NCBI GenBank assembly: GCA_905182185.1
Contig: CAJJAP010000001.1
Coordinates: 11,167 to 75,166, forward strand
DNA length: 64,000 nt
Reading direction: 5' to 3'
Source of the DNA: an uncultured Candidatus Poseidoniales archaeon
GTDB lineage: Archaea > Thermoplasmatota > Poseidoniia > Poseidoniales > Poseidoniaceae
Below, piece after piece: positions 52,983 to 61,223 of the stretch (the stretch's first letter is position 1; each line of letters begins with the position of its first letter). The translations under genes were made by a program, and so were the position numbers. The notes beneath the pieces were generated by a model, which had not been told where the DNA came from, ran no database searches, and saw nothing but the letters and a program-made list of their open reading frames with translations.

Positions 52983-53813
52983 TCAAGGAACTAAATCTTC
53001 CATTCGTTTTGCAAGTATCCAAAGTGGCAAAACAGTCCAAGCGATTGTCATTAGCCAAATCTGCCAACCAGAAACACCCCGTTGAACACCCGACAATCGT
53101 GTTTCTAGTATGTGGTGATATACACCATTTGGTGAAAATAAATCAAGAGCTCCTTCTAATGCAATCCAAGATGAATCATTATCTTGGCCGATGGCAATTC
53201 CAGAAGCAAGGGCAACCATACTTGTTACCAATGCCCACAAGAATGTGAAGAAAAACCAAATCCCGACTCCAAAAGCCATCGCAGTCCCTTGCTCTCTCGC
53301 TTTTGAAGAAGCGATTAATGTGAATAATGTATACCATGTTAAGATCAATCCAGTTGCGATAATATGGATGATGATATCCATTAATTCTGGCCAAGCACCC
53401 ATTCTATAACGAATAATAAATACTGAGATTAGCAACAAAATGGTTACAGGAATAATTACAGCGACAGAAGTACCATGCACTAGGGCAAGTGTTTGACTTA
53501 ATCGAGACATAGGTTGAGCCAATTTTACTTCTAGCACTCCACTTGCTCTTTCTTTGCTTACACCATCAAATGCCATTAAAACCGCACACATAGTACCACC
53601 GAAAACAATACCAAGACTGGAATAAAACAACACTTCCATAGGGGTTTCAGGGCGGTGACCACCTGGGAGAATGATGCTAGGGTCTGAAAATCCCCAAGCC
53701 ATTCCTGGAATAAACAATAGTAGTATTGGGAACATCAATAACATTCTTGTCGAGAATATTTTCTCTTTGATAATTAGAGAGGTTACTTTTCGGTATGATA
53801 CCTTTCCGCTCAT
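52983..53813 (-). CDS. ABC-2 type transporter permease
   Basis: Six predicted TM helices. It overlaps the ATPase gene by 4 nt. Confidence 0.6.
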   Translation of the reverse strand: MSGKVSYRKVTSLIIKEKIFSTRMLLMFPILLLFIPGMAWGFSDPSIILPGGHRPETPMEVLFYSSLGIVFGGTMCAVLMAFDGVSKERASGVLEVKLAQPMSRLSQTLALVHGTSVAVIIPVTILLLISVFIIRYRMGAWPELMDIIIHIIATGLILTWYTLFTLIASSKAREQGTAMAFGVGIWFFFTFLWALVTSMVALASGIAIGQDNDSSWIALEGALDLFSPNGVYHHILETRLSGVQRGVSGWQIWLMTIAWTVLPLWILAKRMEDLVP

Positions 53814-54853
53814 TCTTCTTCCACCCCCCTATTAATCAATGGTAGGAATGCCGATGAAGTAATTTCTAAGCCCACATCTTCCACCCTAAGACCTGTTGAA
53901 GAACATAACATCTCTACCAAATCGGGTGCATGCGGTTGCCAAGACTCTACTTCAATCCCTTCACTGATGAGTTTTTTCAGTACACCATCTGGATTCCCCT
54001 TCAGTTGCATTTGCCAAGAGTTTTGATCAGTTTCAGATTTAAGCAGTTCCATTCCCAATTTTTTAACCAACTTAGATGATGGTGGCTGTGAAGTTCCTGT
54101 TAGGTCAAACCTATCGCTCAATTCTAAATCTTTTTCGACCGATTTTATTTCACCTTCGATCAGTAGTTGGCCACGGTGAAGTAATGCGATTCTATCTATT
54201 ATCCCAATTAACCCTGATACCTGGTGAGATGATATCACGATAGAAACTCCCTTTTCACTCAATTGTTGCAATAGTTGGGTAAATGCTTGTGCTGCAACAG
54301 GGTCTAATCCATTGAATGGTTCGTCTAGAAGTAGAATATCTGGGGAGCCTAGTAAAGCAGTAGCCAAAGTTAGACGTTGTCGCATACCTTGACTCAATTC
54401 ATCTAAGGGGGAATCGATTCGTGAGTTCAAACCTACCAGTTTAATCAATCCAAGAATACGATGTTCTGAAGAGCCTCTCATCGCAGCAATTTCAGTTATT
54501 GCATCGTGAACTGATTTCTTGCCTTGCCAGCGAACTTGCTCCGGCATATGTCCAATAACTTTTCTCAATTCTACGCTGGTTGACAATTCTCTTTCAATGG
54601 TTTGGTCACCCTTTAAAGAGGTAAAAACAGCAGTCCCTTTTTGCAAAGGTAAGACACCTGCCAACATTCGTAACAAGGTCGTTTTTCCAGCACCATTTGG
54701 GCCAACCAGGCCCAGTATTGTACCTCTGTACAAGGCTAAGTCGATTTTAGGAATGCCGGGTCCACGAATTTTCTTCCATGGTTTTGTTAGCGTTGGGGCG
54801 CTAATATAGTGGCGGCAAGATGCGCCAACAAGTTGTAAAACGACCTCCGCCAT
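53810..54853 (-). CDS. ABC transporter ATP-binding protein with a C-terminal extra domain
   Basis: Walker A is GPNGAGKTT, the signature is LSQGMRQRL and Walker B is LLLDEP. Confidence 0.85.
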   Translation of the reverse strand: MAEVVLQLVGASCRHYISAPTLTKPWKKIRGPGIPKIDLALYRGTILGLVGPNGAGKTTLLRMLAGVLPLQKGTAVFTSLKGDQTIERELSTSVELRKVIGHMPEQVRWQGKKSVHDAITEIAAMRGSSEHRILGLIKLVGLNSRIDSPLDELSQGMRQRLTLATALLGSPDILLLDEPFNGLDPVAAQAFTQLLQQLSEKGVSIVISSHQVSGLIGIIDRIALLHRGQLLIEGEIKSVEKDLELSDRFDLTGTSQPPSSKLVKKLGMELLKSETDQNSWQMQLKGNPDGVLKKLISEGIEVESWQPHAPDLVEMLCSSTGLRVEDVGLEITSSAFLPLINRGVEEE

Positions 54854-54956
54854 GTGTACGCCTAAATCGCAATCACTTGATATTCTACCGTTTCATAGTC
54901 GCTCAAAGCAAAAGTATCATCACTGAAAGGTATCCAATCCATTTACGGGAACAGCA

Positions 54957-55877
54957 ATGCTAGGGGGTATAATTTATTCTGCGGGCCTTGTTGTTGCGAT
55001 TATTGTTGTCATATATTTGCAGTATAGAACATTCGTTAAGCAACAAGCAGTTGTCGAAGGAGACACTTCAAACATTTTCAATTACAAAGAAGTATTTGGG
55101 CCGATGGGTCTAGAATTTCTCATCTTATCTCTAGTTCTGATTTGGATAGTACCTTACGGTGTTTTGGTGATTGCACCAATTGGTTTGATATTGTCAGTAT
55201 TGTCACCTGCTGGCCGAATAACATGGTCGCAAACAAAAGTTCCTAGAACAATGGTTTGTGCTTTCTTAATCAGCATGATAATGCTTGGAAGTTTAGCCCC
55301 TGTAGCTCAACCTAAATCTCCTGATTCTTGGGGCAATCCGCTGTTAACTGAAAATCCAAATGCACCCATTTGGCCAGCTAGTCAGCAATATACGTGGCTT
55401 ATGACACCATCTGCTGGTGAATTGGATTTAGAAATAATTCAATCTATTTCGATTAGAACACCCCATCAATTAGGCGTCTATGGTGCAGCGGGTTCAAGTT
55501 TAAATTTGGCATCATTGATGGGATTGGAGCAATCTAGATTACACCAAGCCATTGAATTATTAGATGATGAATTATCATTTGTTAGATTAAACCCTGAAGA
55601 AATGGCACTCACTCTCATACCGAATCAAGAGACTCATCGCTATGTTAGTACTACACTTGGAATTGATGAAAATATTGTGATTCGTCAATATGAACTGCGT
55701 TCATTATCAATAGGGTCTAATGAAGATGGAGTCAAAGTCGGCGAGGTGCTTTGTGCAGCGACTTCTACCTGGGGTGGTGAATTACAGGTTTTGGTAATCA
55801 TTAGACCTCTGGGGCACCCAGATCTTACAACCGATCGGTATGCTGAGGAATTAGTATTAGATTGGCTTTCTGCGTGA
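54957..55877 (+). CDS. Membrane protein, function unknown
   Basis: Three or four N-terminal TM helices followed by a soluble domain. No recognisable family. Confidence 0.4.
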   Translation: MLGGIIYSAGLVVAIIVVIYLQYRTFVKQQAVVEGDTSNIFNYKEVFGPMGLEFLILSLVLIWIVPYGVLVIAPIGLILSVLSPAGRITWSQTKVPRTMVCAFLISMIMLGSLAPVAQPKSPDSWGNPLLTENPNAPIWPASQQYTWLMTPSAGELDLEIIQSISIRTPHQLGVYGAAGSSLNLASLMGLEQSRLHQAIELLDDELSFVRLNPEEMALTLIPNQETHRYVSTTLGIDENIVIRQYELRSLSIGSNEDGVKVGEVLCAATSTWGGELQVLVIIRPLGHPDLTTDRYAEELVLDWLSA

Positions 55878-55925
55878 AATGTCCTCATACGGTAAAATTC
55901 AGCAGTAATGCCGCCATAGAGTGCG

Positions 55926-55979
55926 GTTTAGGGCGCCCTAAACTTTCATATAGGGGGGTGTTTTAGGGCGGCCTAAACC
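55926..55979 (+). promoter_or_regulatory. Candidate promoter with a paired palindromic operator upstream of the transferrin-like ABC operon
   Basis: A perfect 18-bp palindrome GTTTAGGGCGCCCTAAAC lies at 55926-55943. The TATA-like TTTCATATA lies at 55944-55952. A second copy, TTTAGGGCGGCCTAAAC at 55962-55978, has one mismatch. GGAGTG precedes ATG 55993. Confidence 0.45.
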
Positions 55980-55992
55980 GGAGTGTCATATC

Positions 55993-58107
55993 ATGAAGCC
56001 ACAAACGCTAAAATCAACATTGCTCGTATTTTTAATTGCCACAGCCTCAATAGCGGGCTGCTTAGGTAGTAAAGATGAAAAAGAAACCTCAGACTCAGAA
56101 GAGTTCGTAATTGCATACAGTGTCAAAGACGATTACACCAACGTTGATGAGAATCCTCAGCGATTAGCTGATTATTTGAGTGAAGAACTTAATATGGATG
56201 TAACACTGTATCCAATTGATTCCGAAGGGGCTGCTCTTGAAGCACTTCGCTTTGGAAATGTAGACATGGCTTTCATGGATGGCGGTGCTGCTTGGGTCGG
56301 TTGGCAACAATACGGTCTAGAGGCGCTTGCAGCAGATCAAAAATCCGATGGCCGAACTTATTACAGCGCTCATGCCATTGTTCTCAAGGATTCTGATATG
56401 GCAGCTGCCTACCTCGATTCGGACCCAAATACGGACCCATTTTCACTTTTAGCAGGTAAGACTTCGTGCCACACAGGGTGGCTAAAATCTGCTGGAATGT
56501 TGCTACCTATGGGATTCCTAATTGGAAATGGATACGCTAATGTCATTGGCGATTCCAGTGATGTAGAATCACTTCGTAACACTATTACTCACTTTTTCAG
56601 TGAAGATTCAAGTATTCCGGACTCCGGAACTCCTTACTATTCCTATTCTGGAGCAGTCAAGTGTCTTTCCGAAGGCGTAGGTGACGTTGCCTTCGTAAAA
56701 GATTCTACAGTTGCTTCCTATTGTGGAAATACAAATGTTTCTGAAAACCTTGAATGGTGTCTTCCAGAATCAGATTATATCTTGCTTCCTTCGTACGGAA
56801 ATGCTCCATCACACCCAGTGATGTACAATCCTGACTTTATGTCATCTGACAGGATTACTCTAGTTCAAAATGCACTGGTTGCTATGAAGGATTCAACAGA
56901 AGGATCATCTATTCTTTCTGATGTCCTCAACACTCCAGCAATCTCGGCTACAAATGCACTTGACCACCTTGGATCATATGGAAACCTCATTGAAGATGTC
57001 CCTGGAATCTCGGCATACTATAGTACTAAATTCACCATTAACGATACTGTCGCTCCTACAGTTTCAAACATTAGAATCGCGTTTGAACTGAAAGATGACT
57101 ACACCAATACTGATGAAAACCCGCAAATCCTTGCCGATTACATTGCTGAACAAACTGGAGTAACTGTAACTTTGTATCCTGTTTCATCAGAAGGCGCTAT
57201 CATCGAAGCTCTTCGTTTTGGCAATGTTGACATCGCCTTTATGGATGGCGGAGCCGCTTGGGTTGGCTGGAAAGAATATGGCCTTGCTACAATGGCTGCT
57301 GACCAGAAAGATGATGGAAGAACATATTACAACGCTCATGCAGTCGTATTGAACGGTTCAGATATTGCAGAGGCTTATCTTGATAACGATACATCAACCG
57401 ATCCATTTGCAATGATGGAAGGCAAGACTTCTTGCCACACAGGTTGGCTAAAATCAGCCGGTATGTTGCTCCCAATGGGTCACTTGATTTCCCAAGGCTA
57501 TGCACCAGTTGTCGGCCCACAAGATGATATTGAGTCACTCCGAGATACCATCCACGCTTTCTTTAACGAAAACGCAAGTATCCCAGACTCCGGAACACCT
57601 TATTATTCTTACAACGGAGCCATAAAATGCCTCTCCGAAGGCGTAGGGGATGTTGCATTTGCCAAGGACTCCACAGTCGCAAAGTACTGTGGTTCCGACA
57701 ATGCAAGCCTGAATGAAGAGTGGTGTCTACCTGAATCAGATTACGTCTTGCTCCCTTCATACGGATCAGCACCATCTCACCCAGTCATGTACAACCCTGC
57801 TAAACTTGACGTTCAAACACGCACTGCAATTCTCAATGCACTGCTTTCATTGAACGGAGAGATGTATGTCGAAAATTACTCCATGCAAGGGCAAGAATAC
57901 ACTGGATGTTACAGCATGACAACTCACATGGTTGACAGCACCTCTCCACAAAATCAGTGTGGTGATCAAATTCTGCTGAATGTTCTCAATACTCCAGGGC
58001 TTGTTGAAGCAAACACCCAAGAACATCTTGGAAGTTACAGTAGTCTTATCAGTGCGATTCCAGGGATTTCATCTTACTTTGATTCCAAATTTGAAATTAC
58101 TGAATGA
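55993..58107 (+). CDS. Bilobal transferrin-like / PhnD-superfamily substrate-binding lipoprotein
   Basis: The lipobox is IAGC. Two colinear ~320-aa halves each carry FMDGGAA, RTYY.AHA.VL, GKTSCHTGWLKSAGMLLPMG, YYSY.GA.KCLSEGVGDVAF.KDSTV and APSHPVMYN, which match transferrin lobe signature blocks. Confidence 0.75.
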   Translation: MKPQTLKSTLLVFLIATASIAGCLGSKDEKETSDSEEFVIAYSVKDDYTNVDENPQRLADYLSEELNMDVTLYPIDSEGAALEALRFGNVDMAFMDGGAAWVGWQQYGLEALAADQKSDGRTYYSAHAIVLKDSDMAAAYLDSDPNTDPFSLLAGKTSCHTGWLKSAGMLLPMGFLIGNGYANVIGDSSDVESLRNTITHFFSEDSSIPDSGTPYYSYSGAVKCLSEGVGDVAFVKDSTVASYCGNTNVSENLEWCLPESDYILLPSYGNAPSHPVMYNPDFMSSDRITLVQNALVAMKDSTEGSSILSDVLNTPAISATNALDHLGSYGNLIEDVPGISAYYSTKFTINDTVAPTVSNIRIAFELKDDYTNTDENPQILADYIAEQTGVTVTLYPVSSEGAIIEALRFGNVDIAFMDGGAAWVGWKEYGLATMAADQKDDGRTYYNAHAVVLNGSDIAEAYLDNDTSTDPFAMMEGKTSCHTGWLKSAGMLLPMGHLISQGYAPVVGPQDDIESLRDTIHAFFNENASIPDSGTPYYSYNGAIKCLSEGVGDVAFAKDSTVAKYCGSDNASLNEEWCLPESDYVLLPSYGSAPSHPVMYNPAKLDVQTRTAILNALLSLNGEMYVENYSMQGQEYTGCYSMTTHMVDSTSPQNQCGDQILLNVLNTPGLVEANTQEHLGSYSSLISAIPGISSYFDSKFEITE

Positions 58108-58142
58108 ATTGCTGGAGATAACCTTTGAAATACATCGTCGCT

Positions 58143-58183
58143 GAAATAGCCCCTTTCTCTATTCCAATTATGGGGGCTATTTC
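58143..58183 (+). promoter_or_regulatory. Intercistronic hairpin between the binding-protein gene and the ATPase gene
   Basis: A perfect 11-bp inverted repeat, GAAATAGCCCC ... GGGGCTATTTC, has a 19-nt loop. It lies in the 179-nt gap after the stop at 58107. Confidence 0.5.
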
Positions 58184-58286
58184 ACTGACCTTTGGAGTGA
58201 TATAAATGAAAAGAAACTTAAATCCTTTTTTGCTATACCCAACCGTTTCAAAAAGTAAAGGCAGCAGGACTGCTTGAGGGGTCTCT

Positions 58287-58970
58287 ATGGTGGAAGCAGT
58301 ACTTGAACTCAAGAACTTGAGTGTTGGTTACGATGAACCGTTGATATCCAACATCAACTTGGAAGTCTTTCCAGGGGAAGTCATAACCATTCTAGGTCCT
58401 TCTGGAATAGGAAAAACAACATTGGTTCGTACGATTGCAGGGCTTATTAGACCCCTTTCCGGATCCTTTGACTTGAATGTTGAGAGGCGAGGTGGATTAG
58501 GATATATCCCTCAACGCTTAGGATTGGTACGACACGCAACAGTTGCGCACAATGTCTCTCTTGGCGCCCGGACAAGAGTTGGTTTTTCACTAAACATGTG
58601 GAAGGAGCGTTCTCAAAGAACAATGGACGCATTACGTATGCTCGGGATTGCTGACAAATCTAATGAACCTGTTCGGCGATTATCTGGTGGGCAGCAGCGC
58701 CGTGTTGCAACAGCCAGAACTTTAGCTCAGAGGCCTCAATTGATGCTGGCAGATGAATTCCTTGGCGAACTAGATCATTCAAATGTTGAAATTGTATTCG
58801 AAGCAGTTCAGAATTTGGTCGATGATGGTACCGCTGTAATCATGATTGAACACCATGATGATAACGCTCAATTATTCGCTACACGAATATGGGAAATCCA
58901 GGACGGCAAAATCGCAGATATTTCAATCAAAGAGTGGAAAAACCGAAAGACTGGGGGTGAAGAGGAGTGA
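58287..58970 (+). CDS. ABC transporter ATP-binding protein, PhnC-like
   Basis: Walker A is GPSGIGKTT, the signature is LSGGQQRRV and Walker B is MLADEF. The size and layout match phosphonate-type importer ATPases. Confidence 0.8.
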   Translation: MVEAVLELKNLSVGYDEPLISNINLEVFPGEVITILGPSGIGKTTLVRTIAGLIRPLSGSFDLNVERRGGLGYIPQRLGLVRHATVAHNVSLGARTRVGFSLNMWKERSQRTMDALRMLGIADKSNEPVRRLSGGQQRRVATARTLAQRPQLMLADEFLGELDHSNVEIVFEAVQNLVDDGTAVIMIEHHDDNAQLFATRIWEIQDGKIADISIKEWKNRKTGGEEE

Positions 58971-59824
58971 AATACCGTCTCTTTGGAATTATTTCCATTT
59001 TGTTGTTACTTGCTTGGCAAACTCTCGATGGATTAATTGAAGGTGATTGGGGCCGACTTGAGGGCGGACTTGGAAATCTCTCAGTATTTTTTTCTGAAAG
59101 TATGTGGCCTCCAAATTGGAGTGTCATAGAAGCACGCCCGTATCCCGTGTGTGAATCTGAAATTGAATTCTTCTGTTCAGTTGGTTATCTCGGCATGATG
59201 GAAACAATAAAAATCGCCTTTGTTGCAACAATTCTGGGATTTATAGGAGCCTTGTTTTTCTCATCTCTCGCAGCACGCAATCTTGTCCCTCTCTATGTAG
59301 CAATCCCCGTACGAATTTTACTCTCTGCGATTCGAAGTTTGCCAAGTCTAATTTGGGCGATTCTATTTGTGATTGTGATTGGTTTTGGTCCTCTTTCAGG
59401 TGTTTTGGCTATGACTTTCTACACCGTTGGGTATCTTGGTAAATTGCAGTATGAAACATTTGAAGGAATGGCCAATGATTCTCTTGAAGCCAGTCGGGCA
59501 ATGGGCCTTCCACGGAGTAGCATTTTGCTGAATGTAGTTATCCCTGAAAATAGTAATCATCTATTGAGCCAATTAATGTTCATGTTTGAATATAATGTCC
59601 GCCATGGAACAGTAATTGGAATTGTTGGTGCCGGTGGAATTGGTTATTACATTAGCACTTATCTCAAATTCCTCCAATATGAGAAAGTCTTTGCACTTCT
59701 CATTTTGATATTTGTAGTCGTTGTAATCATTGACTTACTTTCAATGATGGTTCGCTCTTTTGTTAACGATGAAGGGGATGTCCGTCGTCCAACATGGTTG
59801 AATGTTGTACTTTCAGAAAAATGA
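58967..59824 (+). CDS. ABC transporter permease, PhnE-like
   Basis: Multi-pass membrane protein with the EAA-type loop LEASRAMGLPRSSILLNVVIPE. It overlaps the ATPase gene by 4 nt. Confidence 0.7.
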   Translation: MKYRLFGIISILLLLAWQTLDGLIEGDWGRLEGGLGNLSVFFSESMWPPNWSVIEARPYPVCESEIEFFCSVGYLGMMETIKIAFVATILGFIGALFFSSLAARNLVPLYVAIPVRILLSAIRSLPSLIWAILFVIVIGFGPLSGVLAMTFYTVGYLGKLQYETFEGMANDSLEASRAMGLPRSSILLNVVIPENSNHLLSQLMFMFEYNVRHGTVIGIVGAGGIGYYISTYLKFLQYEKVFALLILIFVVVVIIDLLSMMVRSFVNDEGDVRRPTWLNVVLSEK

Positions 59825-59847
59825 TGGTAATACATTTCTGCCAATTT

Positions 59848-60063
59848 TTATTCGACAGCGATGTGAAGTGAACCATTTTTGTAAAAGACTTGAATACGAT
59901 CAGGGACTTTCTTTGTCAAGGAAGCAATCGCTTCGTAAACAGCATCATCTTCAACTTCAAAAACTTGTGCAGCATCCTCTGTTGACCACGGAGTAAGATG
60001 GAAATCTGATTGACGTAGCCACTCAAATAATCTAGCTTCTAACTCTGTCAATTCCGCCGCCAT
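59848..60063 (-). CDS. Small winged-helix-like protein, function unknown
   Basis: This 71-aa protein has a helix-helix-helix-hairpin pattern (ELEARLFEWLRQ / STEDAAQVF / DDAVYEAIASLTKK / IQVFYKNGSLHIAV). It is convergent with the ABC operon. Confidence 0.4.
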   Translation of the reverse strand: MAAELTELEARLFEWLRQSDFHLTPWSTEDAAQVFEVEDDAVYEAIASLTKKVPDRIQVFYKNGSLHIAVE

Positions 60064-60128
60064 AGTATTGCCATAACGCTACCATTCAAAACAGCACCGC
60101 AGAATAAGTGGTTTTACAAAGATTCAAC

Positions 60129-61136
60129 TCAACTGAGGGTGACCATTCTTCTACAGCATTCTTCAGCATTGATATCCCCATTAAGCAATGTATTCAATGC
60201 CTTGGTGAATGGAATTTGGATATTATCATCCTCTGCTCTATCAATAAACATCCTTGTTGCTCTTACTCCTTCAGCAACCATGTGCATCTCTTCCAATGCC
60301 TCATCAAGTGTTAATCCAGTTCCCAGTTTTTCACCTAGAGTACGGTTTCTTCCATGTGGTGAAGTCGCAGTAACGTACAGGTCACCCAATCCAGCAGGGC
60401 CGAATGCAACTTCTGCTCTTGCGCCTAGTTGGGGTAGCAATAAGCAACCTTCTTTGAATCCGGCCATAAAAATCGCAGCCTTGAGATTATCGCCACCCAA
60501 TGTACCAACTTGTTTCAATCCATCAACCAATCCACATGCAAGTGCAACTACATTTTTGAAAGCACCCCAAAGTTCAGCACCGACGGGGTCGGATGCAGGA
60601 TGTAAGATGAAAGTTTGAGTCGTTAACGTCTTTGCTAGTTTTTTAGCAACAGAGATATCTTCGCTTGCAACCAATGCAGTAGTCATTACTCCCGCGGCGG
60701 CTTCTGGTGCGATTGTTGGACCTGTGACAACCGCCAAAGGATTAGCCATACCAGCAGCAGTCAACTTCTCCTGAATCGCATGTGAAATCATTTGATTGTC
60801 AGGGGCTAACCCCTTTGCTAAATCGATAATGACATGTCTTGGTCGCAGGTGTGGAATCACTTGGTCTACGACATCCAAAATCACAGAGGAAGGTACGGCA
60901 AGAACCACAACTTCAACCCCATCGAGGGTGTCTGCAATGTGCATTGATACATCCATGCCTTTGAGAGATAGTTTTGGGAGATACTTATGATTGATATTTT
61001 CCATTGTTATGGACTCATATACTTCTGATTCAATAGTCCATCCTTTGACCTTATGACCATCATCAAGCCACATTTTAGCGATAGCGCTTCCCCAATTACC
61101 GAGGCCTAAAATTCCAATGGATACCATGTCAACCAA
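60129..61136 (-). CDS. gpsA: NAD(P)H-dependent glycerol-3-phosphate dehydrogenase
   Basis: Has the N-terminal Rossmann motif IGILGLGNWGSAIA, plus NVVALACGLVDGL and GLGDLYVTATSPHGRNRTLGEKLG blocks. Confidence 0.85.
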   Translation of the reverse strand: MVDMVSIGILGLGNWGSAIAKMWLDDGHKVKGWTIESEVYESITMENINHKYLPKLSLKGMDVSMHIADTLDGVEVVVLAVPSSVILDVVDQVIPHLRPRHVIIDLAKGLAPDNQMISHAIQEKLTAAGMANPLAVVTGPTIAPEAAAGVMTTALVASEDISVAKKLAKTLTTQTFILHPASDPVGAELWGAFKNVVALACGLVDGLKQVGTLGGDNLKAAIFMAGFKEGCLLLPQLGARAEVAFGPAGLGDLYVTATSPHGRNRTLGEKLGTGLTLDEALEEMHMVAEGVRATRMFIDRAEDDNIQIPFTKALNTLLNGDINAEECCRRMVTLS

Positions 61137-61223
61137 TGGTCACCCTGCACCCTTTGCTTAAGTCGCTTACCACTGTAAGAGAATGGTACAGTTAAGTTTT
61201 ACAACTCATTTGATAATGCCAAA

